From the IMG/VR virus record IMGVR_UViG_3300026484_000382, positions 10,702 through 74,701 of that record: 64,000 nt of DNA. One strand, written 5' to 3'. Positions 30,122 through 40,864 of the stretch are shown in pieces. A program made the position numbers and the translations under genes. The notes beneath the pieces were generated by a model. It saw nothing but the letters and a program-made list of their open reading frames with translations. It was not told the origin of the DNA and did not search any database. Within the stretch, counting starts at the first letter, position 1. Each line of letters starts with the position of its first letter. Source of the DNA: a virus.

Positions 30122-30592
30122 ATGGCTCTATATGTAGATATTGATGACATTAAAGAATTTATTCAAGACAAACCAGAATTAAATTTCCTTAATGACAATA
30201 TGGAACAGTTTAGAGATGATTTGTACGACGTGATATTACCTATGGTAGAAGATGAGATATTGACTCAATATCCTTCTTTGTCAGGTCGTAAAATAAGAAA
30301 AAGCATTATAATGTTTTTAGTTATAGCTAACTTAATGGGGTCAGAGGCTTTTATTCAAGTTAGAAATCAAGTGAGTGTGGCTGACACAAACAATAATGGT
30401 ACTTCATTGTATGGAAAGCAAGGCGAATATTTGCAATTAGAACAAATATATAGACAAAGAGCTAATCTAATGCTCAATGCTATGGCTAAATCTTCTTTCT
30501 ATAACGAATGTTGGGGAAGTGTTCGTTCTAATTCATCAGATATGGAAAGTAGTAATGAAATGTACGATGGTTTAATTACTATAGGATATTAG
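30122..30592 (+). CDS. Putative head-tail adaptor
   Basis: First of three neck-type genes before the sheath; MALYVDIDDIKEFI N-terminus. Confidence 0.5.
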   Translation: MALYVDIDDIKEFIQDKPELNFLNDNMEQFRDDLYDVILPMVEDEILTQYPSLSGRKIRKSIIMFLVIANLMGSEAFIQVRNQVSVADTNNNGTSLYGKQGEYLQLEQIYRQRANLMLNAMAKSSFYNECWGSVRSNSSDMESSNEMYDGLITIGY

Positions 30593-31408
30593 ATGATTAG
30601 ATTAATAAAAGATACAGTTAATTCTATTATTGTTTATATTTGGGATGAAGATGTAATGGCAGATACTTTACGGGTATGGACAAAGCATTCTTCATCTGAA
30701 AAAAAAATAGTTGGTGAGTTGCCTTACAATAAAGATAAAATAGATTATTTATTTTCAGGGTTTTCTAATTTTATTGACTACAATGTTGATTTTTTTCCTT
30801 TTGAAGTGGAATTTTTAAAAGACAATAAGGTTGTAAAGAATGTTACTGTTAGTACAACTAATTACAAATTAAAACCGTTTCAAAGAGGAGTTTATAGGGT
30901 AAAAAGACAAGAGTTTTACATAAAAGCAAAAAACGTAAATGGAATGAGATTGCTTTTATTTAAAAAACAAAATAAAGAACATTGCCCTGATTGTTGGGAT
31001 GAGGATTATAAATCTTCGAATAATAGCAACTGTAAAACATGTGGTGGGACTGGTTATGTAGATAAATACTCATTACCTGTTTTTAGTTATGGATTTTATT
31101 TTAATGACCAACCAGTAGATTCTCCAACTATTGAAAGCGGTAAACAACCATTAAATCCTGCGGTAGGAAACAATGCATATATTACTTTACTTCCTGATAT
31201 TGTTTTAACTCAATCGGATTTAATCTATTCTATAGATATTGGTGATTTAAGTATTATACACAAAACAACATTAACGCTTTTCAACAATAACCCTATAAGT
31301 CAAAAAGTATTTACTTCATCACTGCCAACGAATTCCAATGCTTATAAAGCTATAAAAGAAAATTTACATAACAAGATGAAGGAGGTGATGGGTGGCATTG
31401 GACAATAA
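30593..31408 (+). CDS. Putative neck/head-closure protein with Zn-binding motif
   Basis: CPDCWD...CKTCGGTGYV; position in the neck cluster. Confidence 0.55.
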   Translation: MIRLIKDTVNSIIVYIWDEDVMADTLRVWTKHSSSEKKIVGELPYNKDKIDYLFSGFSNFIDYNVDFFPFEVEFLKDNKVVKNVTVSTTNYKLKPFQRGVYRVKRQEFYIKAKNVNGMRLLLFKKQNKEHCPDCWDEDYKSSNNSNCKTCGGTGYVDKYSLPVFSYGFYFNDQPVDSPTIESGKQPLNPAVGNNAYITLLPDIVLTQSDLIYSIDIGDLSIIHKTTLTLFNNNPISQKVFTSSLPTNSNAYKAIKENLHNKMKEVMGGIGQ

Positions 31409-32105
31409 CTCTGTAAAAGTAATAGATGTTGTAGAGAAACAAAAAAATATAGATATTTCTTTTTCCACATCTACAATAAATTCATTTAACAGAAAGGTAA
31501 CCAACCCTAAGGAAATGATTGGTTATTATATGGCATTAACAAACCTGTATCTTTCTGATATAGGTAGAGAAGACATTGAAACTGATGTTTTCTTTAATGA
31601 AAATAAAGCTAGAGAAAATCCAGTTTACATATTATTTAACAGGGGAACATTATCTCCTGCTAATTTAGCTGTGCCTGGCTCAAGCTTTAATCCTGTTGGT
31701 ACAGAAAACATATCCGTACATATAAATTCTGGCGAAAACATAAACCCTAATGAAAGTTTGTTGGGAGTTCATATGTTAAATGCTCAAATGCAGATTAAAT
31801 TATATGCACATAACAGGGTTGAGTTAGAAGAATTAGGTTATAAAATCTATAATTTAGTTCTTTCTGTTTCGGACAATATTTTATCTCAAATGTTTTCTGA
31901 TATATCAAGAGTTATGGAACCTTCAATGTCTTCTATTATACCTACTAAAGATTATGATGATATGTACGAATGTGAAATAGATTGGAGTATTTACTATATA
32001 GAAAGCAATATTTTACTTTTTAAAGAAAAAATGTTAAAATACAATAACTTCATAGTGTTTGACCAACAGGCACAAGATGAAATAAAAATAAATAAAAAAG
32101 GATAA
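31392..32105 (+). CDS. Putative tail terminator/completion protein
   Basis: Immediately upstream of the sheath; QIKLYAHNRVELEELG pattern. Confidence 0.5.
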   Translation: MALDNNSVKVIDVVEKQKNIDISFSTSTINSFNRKVTNPKEMIGYYMALTNLYLSDIGREDIETDVFFNENKARENPVYILFNRGTLSPANLAVPGSSFNPVGTENISVHINSGENINPNESLLGVHMLNAQMQIKLYAHNRVELEELGYKIYNLVLSVSDNILSQMFSDISRVMEPSMSSIIPTKDYDDMYECEIDWSIYYIESNILLFKEKMLKYNNFIVFDQQAQDEIKINKKG

Positions 32106-32108
32106 ATA

Positions 32109-34247
32109 ATGATTTCTATTAGACCTTATGTATCCATACAAGAGGGTATAATTGCTTCTGCACCGGTTATGTTAGACTCTTTACTTAAAGGGTTAATTGT
32201 AGGTCCAGCAATGGATGAATTTCATTCTATTTCTGAAAGTTTTAATTTTTCTGCTTTAAATAGTGTAACTATTGCAGAATTAAATGATCAAATAGGTGAT
32301 AAAGGTAAATATTTTAAAATGGCTGGAGCCAGAGAAGGTAGTACAGTAGATGTTAATTCTATTGAATGGGGTGCTTCTATCGCAAAGTTCTTGTTTGATT
32401 TTGGTGACAATGACTTAAAAGGACATGTTAAAGATAAAGACCATAAATATATCTTTATTCAAGAAACAGGTGAAGATGGTCAAGCATCAGAAAGTGATTT
32501 AATTGATCAAGGATTGCAAAAAGGAGATACTCTTAGAGTACACGATCCAGATGATGATAGCAAGTTTACTGATATAGTTATTAGGGATTTTGATAGAGAT
32601 GGAGATGACTTATCTATTCTTTTATGGGACGAGATTCCTTATGATGTTGATGAAACTAAATCTTTAAAAGCTGATGTTGTTAAAGAATTTAAAGATGTTG
32701 AATTAGCACAAAAAGATTATAGTTATTCGTCTGCAGCGTACAGTGGAACGGATGTTCTAATTAAAGGTGATGGTAAGCTTTATTTAACTTATTTTGTTTA
32801 TAAGCCTACAGATAAAGATGCTGATTTAAACAACATTGTTGTATCTACAACAAATATGGTAATTCCTAATTACAGTGAGAATGCTTTAACAGTAAAAGTT
32901 TTTGATGGATTTTTAAATAACTTTTTTGATGCATACAGAACGGATTTAGAAAACCAAATTCTTACAGTAAATTATTCTAATTACAGAGAATTATTAGGAA
33001 AGCCTTCTAAGAAAAATAAACTAGGCACAGCATTGCATTTAATTGCCCAAGAAGTGCCAGGTTTTGAAATTAAAGTTATGCCAACAATGAGAGATGATTT
33101 GGAGAGCTATTCTAAAGTTTTTGATTCACTTGTGAATGTAGAGGATTTTTATAGTTTAACTCCACTTACATCGGATAAAAAAGTTATTGGATTATTAAAT
33201 AAATTCACAGAACAAGTATCGAGCGGTGAAATATCTAACTTTAAAATGGGTGTAGCTTCGATTAAGATGCCAATTATTACTAAAAAATTAGAAACATCTT
33301 CTTATAATGTGGAAGATAACGATGACGGTACATATACTATAACATTAGATAACGGTGGTTTTAGTAATAGTGATACTCGTGTGGGTGATTATATTTTTGG
33401 GAACAAAGATATTGAACTTGCGGATGAAGAATATTATGATGACATAGGAGAAACATACTCAGGAAAAGCTGTAGCGAAAATTCAAGATGTTGTAACTGAT
33501 AAAAAAATTATAGTAACTCCTATTATAGAAGGATTAAAAGTAGATGAAGTTTTAGATGGTCAAGATTTAGTTGTTGCTAAATTAAATACAAAAAACGAAA
33601 TCAAAAAAATTATAAAAGAATATCCTGAATCTTTCAATAACATGCATATGGTATTAGTTTTCCCAGATAAATTTGTAAAAGATAACAAAGTGTATGCTGG
33701 TTACTATGGTGCTGCTGTTATTCAAGCTGTTATGGCTCATTTACCGCCTCAACAAGGTTTATCAAATATGGCTATTACTGTTTTTGATAGAGTAATTAAT
33801 TCTTCTTACTATTTTCAAGAATCAGAATTAGATGAAATAGCTAGTGCCGGAATCATGGTAATTTCTCAAAAATCATTTAATTCTTACCCATACATTATAA
33901 GACAATTAACTACAAACATGAATTCTATAGAAGAAATGGAAGTTTCTAAAGTTAGATGTTTGGATTATGTTGCTATTCAAATTAAGCAATCAGTTGATGG
34001 TTATGTAGGAAAAAGAAATGTAACACATGATAATAAAGATGAAATACTTCAAAAAATTGAAGTATTATTAAAAGGTATCATTAAAGATACTTCAAATATA
34101 TTATTAGGACCAATTATTTTATCTTACTCTAATTTAGTTGTTGAAATAGACACTAATGAAGTTGGAGCAATAGAAGGTTCAGTAGAAGTTGTAACACCTA
34201 CTTCATTAAATGCAATTAAATTAGGTGTAAAATCTAAAAGTAAATAA
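32109..34247 (+). CDS. Contractile tail sheath protein
   Basis: RPYVSI...LIVGPA N-terminus; C-terminal AA...PPQQGLSN...FQESELDEIASAG...IRQLTT...EVSKVRCLDYV. Confidence 0.85.
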   Translation: MISIRPYVSIQEGIIASAPVMLDSLLKGLIVGPAMDEFHSISESFNFSALNSVTIAELNDQIGDKGKYFKMAGAREGSTVDVNSIEWGASIAKFLFDFGDNDLKGHVKDKDHKYIFIQETGEDGQASESDLIDQGLQKGDTLRVHDPDDDSKFTDIVIRDFDRDGDDLSILLWDEIPYDVDETKSLKADVVKEFKDVELAQKDYSYSSAAYSGTDVLIKGDGKLYLTYFVYKPTDKDADLNNIVVSTTNMVIPNYSENALTVKVFDGFLNNFFDAYRTDLENQILTVNYSNYRELLGKPSKKNKLGTALHLIAQEVPGFEIKVMPTMRDDLESYSKVFDSLVNVEDFYSLTPLTSDKKVIGLLNKFTEQVSSGEISNFKMGVASIKMPIITKKLETSSYNVEDNDDGTYTITLDNGGFSNSDTRVGDYIFGNKDIELADEEYYDDIGETYSGKAVAKIQDVVTDKKIIVTPIIEGLKVDEVLDGQDLVVAKLNTKNEIKKIIKEYPESFNNMHMVLVFPDKFVKDNKVYAGYYGAAVIQAVMAHLPPQQGLSNMAITVFDRVINSSYYFQESELDEIASAGIMVISQKSFNSYPYIIRQLTTNMNSIEEMEVSKVRCLDYVAIQIKQSVDGYVGKRNVTHDNKDEILQKIEVLLKGIIKDTSNILLGPIILSYSNLVVEIDTNEVGAIEGSVEVVTPTSLNAIKLGVKSKSK

Positions 34248-34263
34248 AAAAAAAGGATAAAAG

Positions 34264-34599
34264 ATGGCTTTAACAAAAGGAACTATGAGTTCAACTAATG
34301 CTCCTGCAACTGGTATTATTATAAACTACAGTTTAACATATGGAGAAGACCCGCAACCATTATATGAGGCGGGTAGTTCAGAAATACATGCTGTATTAAG
34401 AATGGAATCAATGTTACAGTTACAAGTAAGTAAGGCAATGTTTAATAATGGTGATGCTATTCAAAGTGTAAATGGGATACAATTAATAGGGGCTCCTAGT
34501 AAAACAATTCAAAACCCTGCTATAAAATACACTTATTCTGCATCTTCTGGACAAGTTTATGTTGTTGAAAATTTTATGGCAATTGGAAAAGAAGCATAG
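34264..34599 (+). CDS. Tail tube protein (unusually short)
   Basis: Directly after the sheath with a strong SD; QPLYEAGS motif. Confidence 0.6.
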   Translation: MALTKGTMSSTNAPATGIIINYSLTYGEDPQPLYEAGSSEIHAVLRMESMLQLQVSKAMFNNGDAIQSVNGIQLIGAPSKTIQNPAIKYTYSASSGQVYVVENFMAIGKEA

Positions 34600-34602
34600 T
34601 TT

Positions 34603-36363
34603 ATGTCAAAAGGGCTCGAAAATACAAAAACCCATCTCTTTTTGGGTTTCGTAACAAAAATAGATCCATTGTATAATACTGTAGAAATAGATTCTGCTTT
34701 ATACGGAAAAATATATACTCAATACAACCCTGTTTTAGGATTAGAGAAAAATGATTTAGTGTTAGTTTCTAAGATAGAGGGGTTTTTTAGTGTAATAGAA
34801 AAAACTATAGTGGATTATGATGAGAAACAATTATATATAATTGATACTGAAAAGAAAAATATTGATGAAAGAATAAAAGAAATAAACTCAGAAGATTTGC
34901 CCGAGGAAGTTAAATATCCAGCTGATTTTTATATAAAAAAAGAAGAAGGTGATAAATCTGACAATGTTGGCACAAATGGATATAGAATAACTAAAAAGTT
35001 TATAGAATTTTTTTCAGGTTTAGCAACTATGAGAGTTGATTTTAACAGTGTCAGAATTTTAAGTAAAGCATTTCTATTTTTTGGAATAAAAACAAAGGCT
35101 TTATTTAAAGTTACTGAAAACAAAACAGAAGATAACTCTTACACTTTATTTATACCTAAAAACAATAATAAACCATATTTGATAAATATCAAAGGAGATG
35201 TTAAGTCTGCGCTACTTGAGCACAAAATAAAAGTTGAATTACCCATACCAACAGAAGATATTGTTTTGTTAAATGCTGTAATATCAGATGTAAAAAACAT
35301 TATTTATGATTTAACTGAAACATCTTATGTTTATGATGATAATAAAAATACATTAACGGTAACAGATAAAGACAAAATGCACAAAATATCAAGAGAAGCA
35401 ATAAACCTGTTTACAGAAAATATAAATAAAAAATTATACAAATACTTTTCTTATGGATGTGTAATAGATGATAACAGGTATCAGATAGTGAGTTATGAAG
35501 CGATAGACAAAAAAGGGAATAAGTATAATTTTAACAACAATGTTTTCAATGTGTTAAAAAACAAAGAAGAGATTATTGTTGAAAAAGAAAAAATATACTC
35601 GTCTGATATGATTAGAATATGGGGAAATTCTATGTATATTAAAAATACACCCATATCTGAAAGCCCATGGTATATGGAAATTTTATATAAGAAAGCTATA
35701 ATTAACTTTTATTGTAATTTACAGGTAAATGTATCTGAAGCTGTTTATCTAAATTCAAAAAATACTACATTGAACACATATAAACAATATAAATCGTATT
35801 TTAATATAAATACAAATATTGTAAATGCTAAATCTAACATTATAAATATATCATTAGATGATTCGCTTGAAGATAAAGCATCATATATATTGAACATTAA
35901 AGATAGTGTAAATATTGTTTCAAATAAAAACAATATATTTGTTGTGCAATCTTTAAAAAGTGGAGATGCAATAAGTTTTTCTATTACAAAAAACAATAAT
36001 GTATATTTTACAAAAACAAATCAAATATATTCTGATTGTAAAACATTTGTTGTTCCTTCTGGGCAAATTATCGCGAAATCACTATATATAAAAAAATTTT
36101 TAATTGTAAAAGATGTTTTTACTGCGTTCGAAAAAGGAGTTTATTTAACTGCTCCAACAACTTACATAAAAGCAGACGATATGTTTTATGTTGACACAGG
36201 GAAAAGTTATGTAAAAGCAAAAACTAATATTGTTTTATATATTGAAAAAGAAAAAATAAATGATGAAGATAAGAATACGACAATGTCATATATTTCTATG
36301 TCTAAATCAAGTATAATAGGGAATGCGAGTAGTGTTGTTATTCCTAATTTGAATAAAGGTTAA
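34603..36363 (+). CDS. Baseplate central spike-like protein (gp5/gpV OB-fold N-terminus)
   Basis: GFVTKIDPLYNTVEI...LEKNDLVLV; beta-rich C-terminus. Confidence 0.55.
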   Translation: MSKGLENTKTHLFLGFVTKIDPLYNTVEIDSALYGKIYTQYNPVLGLEKNDLVLVSKIEGFFSVIEKTIVDYDEKQLYIIDTEKKNIDERIKEINSEDLPEEVKYPADFYIKKEEGDKSDNVGTNGYRITKKFIEFFSGLATMRVDFNSVRILSKAFLFFGIKTKALFKVTENKTEDNSYTLFIPKNNNKPYLINIKGDVKSALLEHKIKVELPIPTEDIVLLNAVISDVKNIIYDLTETSYVYDDNKNTLTVTDKDKMHKISREAINLFTENINKKLYKYFSYGCVIDDNRYQIVSYEAIDKKGNKYNFNNNVFNVLKNKEEIIVEKEKIYSSDMIRIWGNSMYIKNTPISESPWYMEILYKKAIINFYCNLQVNVSEAVYLNSKNTTLNTYKQYKSYFNINTNIVNAKSNIINISLDDSLEDKASYILNIKDSVNIVSNKNNIFVVQSLKSGDAISFSITKNNNVYFTKTNQIYSDCKTFVVPSGQIIAKSLYIKKFLIVKDVFTAFEKGVYLTAPTTYIKADDMFYVDTGKSYVKAKTNIVLYIEKEKINDEDKNTTMSYISMSKSSIIGNASSVVIPNLNKG

Positions 36364-36368
36364 TTATT

Positions 36369-36803
36369 GTGGTTATAGATGTGAATAATGTTGAAGTTAA
36401 ATCAATTTTAAATCAATTCCAATCTTTCGTTAAAATAGAAACGGTTTCTTTTGTAGAAGCGGAACTAAATAAAAAAACTATAATAGAAGCACTAAATGAT
36501 GATAGAGTAAAAATAAAAGTTTTTTCTGATTGTATTAGCGATGTTGAATTTGTTGGGGAGAAAATTGTATTGCCTAGTTTTTATACGCTAAATAACGAAT
36601 CTCAGAAAAATTTAATATCCGTATTTGAATTTGTTATCAATAAAATAAAGTCCATTCCTCCTTACAATAAAGAGAATGGAATATTGGTTGATATAAATAA
36701 AGATAATATAAAAATAATAGATAATGGATCTTTTTTTGAAAAAGAAACGATATTATTGTATAATTTACTAACAATACAATTATGCGAAAAACTAAAAAAA
36801 TAA
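36369..36803 (+). CDS. Hypothetical tail-module protein
   Basis: GTG start with AAAGG SD. Confidence 0.45.
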   Translation: MVIDVNNVEVKSILNQFQSFVKIETVSFVEAELNKKTIIEALNDDRVKIKVFSDCISDVEFVGEKIVLPSFYTLNNESQKNLISVFEFVINKIKSIPPYNKENGILVDINKDNIKIIDNGSFFEKETILLYNLLTIQLCEKLKK

Positions 36804-36818
36804 AAAGGAGCAAAAAAA

Positions 36819-37373
36819 ATGAACGATACAATTAATACGGAGTTATTTAAAAACAACAATGCAAACCAAAATAAGGAAGTAAAGAGTGGTACAGACAATA
36901 AAGATAAGTCTAAAAAAGAGGAATACGATGTTTTTTTTGACAAAACAATGGAAGAGTTAAAATTAAGTGAAGAAGATATTGTTTACAGAATTGTAGAATT
37001 AGTAGACAAAGGCTATATTGAAGATAAAGTAGCTATTTTAAACAAAATACATGTTACCTTAAGAACTGGTTTTATATCAGAAACAGAAATACTTTATGAG
37101 TATATGGAACAAGAAGCTGATAATTCTGTGGGAGTTTTTGAATTTAAAGTGGCATTAGCTGGTGTTGCTATGTGTTTATTTGAATATAAAGACAAAAAGT
37201 TCGAACCAGTAAAAACACTTCATGATCTAAATAAAAAAGTTGCTTGGATTGAAGAAAATATTCCATTAGCAATACATACCCAAATTCAAATAAAGTTAAA
37301 CCGTTTAAAAAAAATAAGCACATTACTTGGCCACGAAAAGATAAATGATATGCTGGGAAAGTTGGGTGGTTAA
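36819..37373 (+). CDS. Tail assembly chaperone (gpG-like)
   Basis: Upstream of the tape measure gene; ends in an in-phase G GGA AAG slippery site. Confidence 0.75.
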   Translation: MNDTINTELFKNNNANQNKEVKSGTDNKDKSKKEEYDVFFDKTMEELKLSEEDIVYRIVELVDKGYIEDKVAILNKIHVTLRTGFISETEILYEYMEQEADNSVGVFEFKVALAGVAMCLFEYKDKKFEPVKTLHDLNKKVAWIEENIPLAIHTQIQIKLNRLKKISTLLGHEKINDMLGKLGG

Positions 37374-37654
37374 TAGACTATATTAAAGCTTATGTTGACA
37401 ACAAGACAACCAATGGTACTCTAAAAAAATTATTATTGGCTTGTTTTGTTATTGAAAACTTAAATAAAAAAAGATATTTAAAAATGAAAGCTTTAAATGA
37501 AGTTATGATTGCATCTTTGAAAAAAAGTGATGACTATAAAGCGACTTATTCTTCTATTTTAGAAAATATAGACAAATATTTTAATGTAAAAAAAGAAGAA
37601 AAGAAAGTGACAGAAAAAGATATGTTATTAGGTATAGAATTTTTAAAGGAATAA
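37355..37654 (+). CDS. -1 frameshift extension of the tail chaperone (gpGT-like)
   Basis: The -1 frame from 37355 is open (GKVGWLIDYIKAY...) into the ORF 37436..37654, which has a TTG start and no SD. Confidence 0.75.
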   Translation, partial: GKVGWLIDYIKAYVDNKTTNGTLKKLLLACFVIENLNKKRYLKMKALNEVMIASLKKSDDYKATYSSILENIDKYFNVKKEEKKVTEKDMLLGIEFLKE

Positions 37655-37655
37655 A

Positions 37656-40600
37656 ATGAATGATAATTTTATGAATGACCCATATATGATGATGATGATG
37701 ATGCAACATCCTCAAACAAATACATCCCATATGTTTAATAGTATGATGGGTTACAATCAATTCTTTATGCCAAATGCTAATACAGGTTATAACATAACAG
37801 GGAATATGTCGTTTTTAGACAAACAATATAATAATTATGATTTCGGATTATTAGATTATGTTACTCATAATTTATTAGGACTACATAGACATATAGGTAT
37901 GAATGGGGTTGATACTCAACTTGCTGCATCAGCACAACATGATTTATCTATGGCTCATGCCGGTACTTATGGTTTAGAAATGGGGTTAGGTGCCTTAGCC
38001 ATGGGATTACCTATGTTTCCAGGTTTAATTATAGGAGCTGGAGTTAGTGTTGCAGCAGATCAAGTAAGAGAAAATATAGATGATAGATACAAAAACTTTC
38101 AAAAAACTGCCCTTATTACGTCTAATTTTATAGGGAAAGATGGGAGCGAAGGGTTTGATAGTGATACAATTAAAGAAATAAATAAACAAATTAGAGATGA
38201 AGCTGCTGATGATACAATGTTTTCTGTAGATGACATTCAAGAAATGATGAAAAAATTTAACTCACATGGATTTCTTAATGATGTTAATTCTAGTAGACAA
38301 TACAAGGATATTATTGGAACATTAAAAGACAGAGTTAGAGATTTGGCGGAATTCTTAGGCGAAACTAATCCTAGTAAATTATTAGATGGTTTAACTAAAT
38401 ATAAATCAATAGGGTTTACTAGAGCCGAAACATTTGAAATTATGAAGCAGATAAAAGGAGTATCAAATATATCAGGTATTTCTAAAGAAATTATAGAACA
38501 ACAAATAGGAATGGAAGTAGCGCAGAAAGATAATGTAGGAACGGATGAAAGGATTATAACAAAGAGAGTTTTATCTGAAGCGGCTCAAATAAATGCCTTA
38601 AGTAGAAGTGGGTTTATGCCAGGTGCTTTTTCTGATAAAAAAAAGGCCTTATCTGTGTATTCTTCCTTAAATCAAGCTGCAAACGAAATTATGCAAAGTG
38701 AGCAAGGAATGGGGCAAAATCAATTAATGTTTCTTGCTATGAATTTGCAAAAAGAAAAAGGAGGATCATTAAATAAAAATTACCAAAAAATACTTGATAT
38801 GGACTATTCTGAAAGAAATAAACTTATAGCACATTTTCAGCAAACAAACAAAGAATTCGCTTCTTTCTTCTACGATAATGACTTACTTAGTACAGCAATT
38901 CAAAACAATAAAGAAGTGGGAAGTGTTGAACAATATAAAAATCCAATTATTCAACTAATAAAACATATAAAAAAAGAAATGCCGCATGCAGATAAAAATG
39001 AAATCCTTAAGGCTCTTAAATATAGGGGGATAAGAGGTGAACAATTAAGTATGGCGGGTGTTTTAGTGCAAGGCTATGAAACTTATGGAAATTTTAATTG
39101 GCTTACAAGTCAAAATGATTCAGTTAAGTCAAATACTGATATTAGAAATGCATTTAACAAGTATTCTCTTGCAAGAGAAAAAACTAGTACGGTTGCATAT
39201 ATTGGAAGAAAATGGAGACATACTACAGAGTGGTTAGGTGATATGTTTGGTGGGGATTATGGAGAAGAGATTGCCGCTGAAATTCAAGATATGAATAGGA
39301 AAATAACAGCTTACCCTAAAGAAAATAAAAGTTTTATTTTACGACATAAAATTGCTGATTTTAAAACAAAACTTGGGGTTAAAAATATTTATAAGTTTTT
39401 AGCAAAAAATTATAGTGATATTATGGATATTTCAAAAGAAGACCCATTAAAAGAAAAAGAAGATCTATTTAAAGATATTCAAAATAATGTATTAGTTAGG
39501 TCTGGTTCAATAGATGCAACAGCAGCATACAAGATGGCTTTCAAGAAAAAATATAAAAATGATAGTAGTATGTCTGCCATTGATTATTTTAAACAAGTAT
39601 ACGGAGAAAAAGCGAAAACTTACCATATGTCTCCTTTTACAGGAATGTTTCATGTTTTTGATAGTGATTATATAAAAGCTATGACTGCAGACAATGTTTT
39701 AACAGGGGATTATATATCTGTATTTAAAAAATCTAATGAATTTAAACATGTAAAGAAATCATGGGGAGACATTATAAAAGACAAAGGTAACACAGGATTA
39801 GAGGAAATGTACCTATTAGAAAGAAATACTCCAAAAACAAAGAAAAAAGCAAAAAGACTAATACAGGGGTATGAGTATTATAATGAATTTTTAGAAGAAA
39901 AAAAAGAAAACAAAGATATTACTTTTAAAGATTTTTTAGTTAAACAAAGAAAGATAAAAAATAATAAACTTGTTCGTAGTTTTGTGTCTAATGAGAACGA
40001 ATTTAAAGAAATAAAAAATTTAGGTAAAAATCAAGTTAATAAATTATATTTAGCCGCTTCAAAAGGTAATGTGTCTGATTTTAAAGAATTAATTAAATCT
40101 CCTAAAATGGATTTAGTTACAAACCAAAAAGTTTTAGACAGGTTAAGAGCTAATATAAAAAATAGTAAAACCATAGATGGTGAAGATAAAATAGAAATGA
40201 TTGCCGAAATAGATAAAACTGTAGCAATGAGAAATGTAAAATTCTTTACTCCAAAAAAAATAAAAGAGTTGGAAGATGGTGGGGCAATCAAATTTGCTGT
40301 AGGATTACGAACATTAAATAAAGAACAAAGAAATAAGATGCTTGAAGCTGTAAAAAATAACGATACAAAAACTATGTTATCTATAGCAACAGATTCTGGT
40401 GATGGCAACTTATTGCAAAACACTAGACAATTTGTTGCTTCTTACGGTGGCGGTGATATGGCCAAAGTATTAAAAAGTGGTATTGGTGCAGCTAGACAAA
40501 AAGAGTTAGGAATTGTTAACGATATGAAAGATCTTCTTAATGTTAAAGACGATGATGTAATGCAAAAAGTGTTATCCAAAATGGGTGATGGAGATATGTA

Positions 40601-40853
40601 TGGGGCATATTCTATAGTTAAAAAACAGCAAGGTAACCAAAATATGAGTTACGAAGACTTTACTAGAATTCAAAGTTTAGCTAATGTAAGTTCTGAATTT
40701 GGATTTGAAAATAAGGAAGATAAAAAAACACTGGCATCAACAGCTCATCTTACAGATAAACAAACAAAACAAGTAACTTTAGCATTAACAAAAAAGCAAA
40801 CAAGTTTATTAACTGAAATCAAAGATATTTTAGATAAAATAGAAAAAAAATAG
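37656..40853 (+). CDS. Tape measure protein
   Basis: 1065-aa helical protein with an N-proximal hydrophobic segment, directly after the chaperone frameshift pair. Confidence 0.75.
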   Translation: MNDNFMNDPYMMMMMMQHPQTNTSHMFNSMMGYNQFFMPNANTGYNITGNMSFLDKQYNNYDFGLLDYVTHNLLGLHRHIGMNGVDTQLAASAQHDLSMAHAGTYGLEMGLGALAMGLPMFPGLIIGAGVSVAADQVRENIDDRYKNFQKTALITSNFIGKDGSEGFDSDTIKEINKQIRDEAADDTMFSVDDIQEMMKKFNSHGFLNDVNSSRQYKDIIGTLKDRVRDLAEFLGETNPSKLLDGLTKYKSIGFTRAETFEIMKQIKGVSNISGISKEIIEQQIGMEVAQKDNVGTDERIITKRVLSEAAQINALSRSGFMPGAFSDKKKALSVYSSLNQAANEIMQSEQGMGQNQLMFLAMNLQKEKGGSLNKNYQKILDMDYSERNKLIAHFQQTNKEFASFFYDNDLLSTAIQNNKEVGSVEQYKNPIIQLIKHIKKEMPHADKNEILKALKYRGIRGEQLSMAGVLVQGYETYGNFNWLTSQNDSVKSNTDIRNAFNKYSLAREKTSTVAYIGRKWRHTTEWLGDMFGGDYGEEIAAEIQDMNRKITAYPKENKSFILRHKIADFKTKLGVKNIYKFLAKNYSDIMDISKEDPLKEKEDLFKDIQNNVLVRSGSIDATAAYKMAFKKKYKNDSSMSAIDYFKQVYGEKAKTYHMSPFTGMFHVFDSDYIKAMTADNVLTGDYISVFKKSNEFKHVKKSWGDIIKDKGNTGLEEMYLLERNTPKTKKKAKRLIQGYEYYNEFLEEKKENKDITFKDFLVKQRKIKNNKLVRSFVSNENEFKEIKNLGKNQVNKLYLAASKGNVSDFKELIKSPKMDLVTNQKVLDRLRANIKNSKTIDGEDKIEMIAEIDKTVAMRNVKFFTPKKIKELEDGGAIKFAVGLRTLNKEQRNKMLEAVKNNDTKTMLSIATDSGDGNLLQNTRQFVASYGGGDMAKVLKSGIGAARQKELGIVNDMKDLLNVKDDDVMQKVLSKMGDGDMYGAYSIVKKQQGNQNMSYEDFTRIQSLANVSSEFGFENKEDKKTLASTAHLTDKQTKQVTLALTKKQTSLLTEIKDILDKIEKK

Positions 40854-40864
40854 GACGGTAGAAG

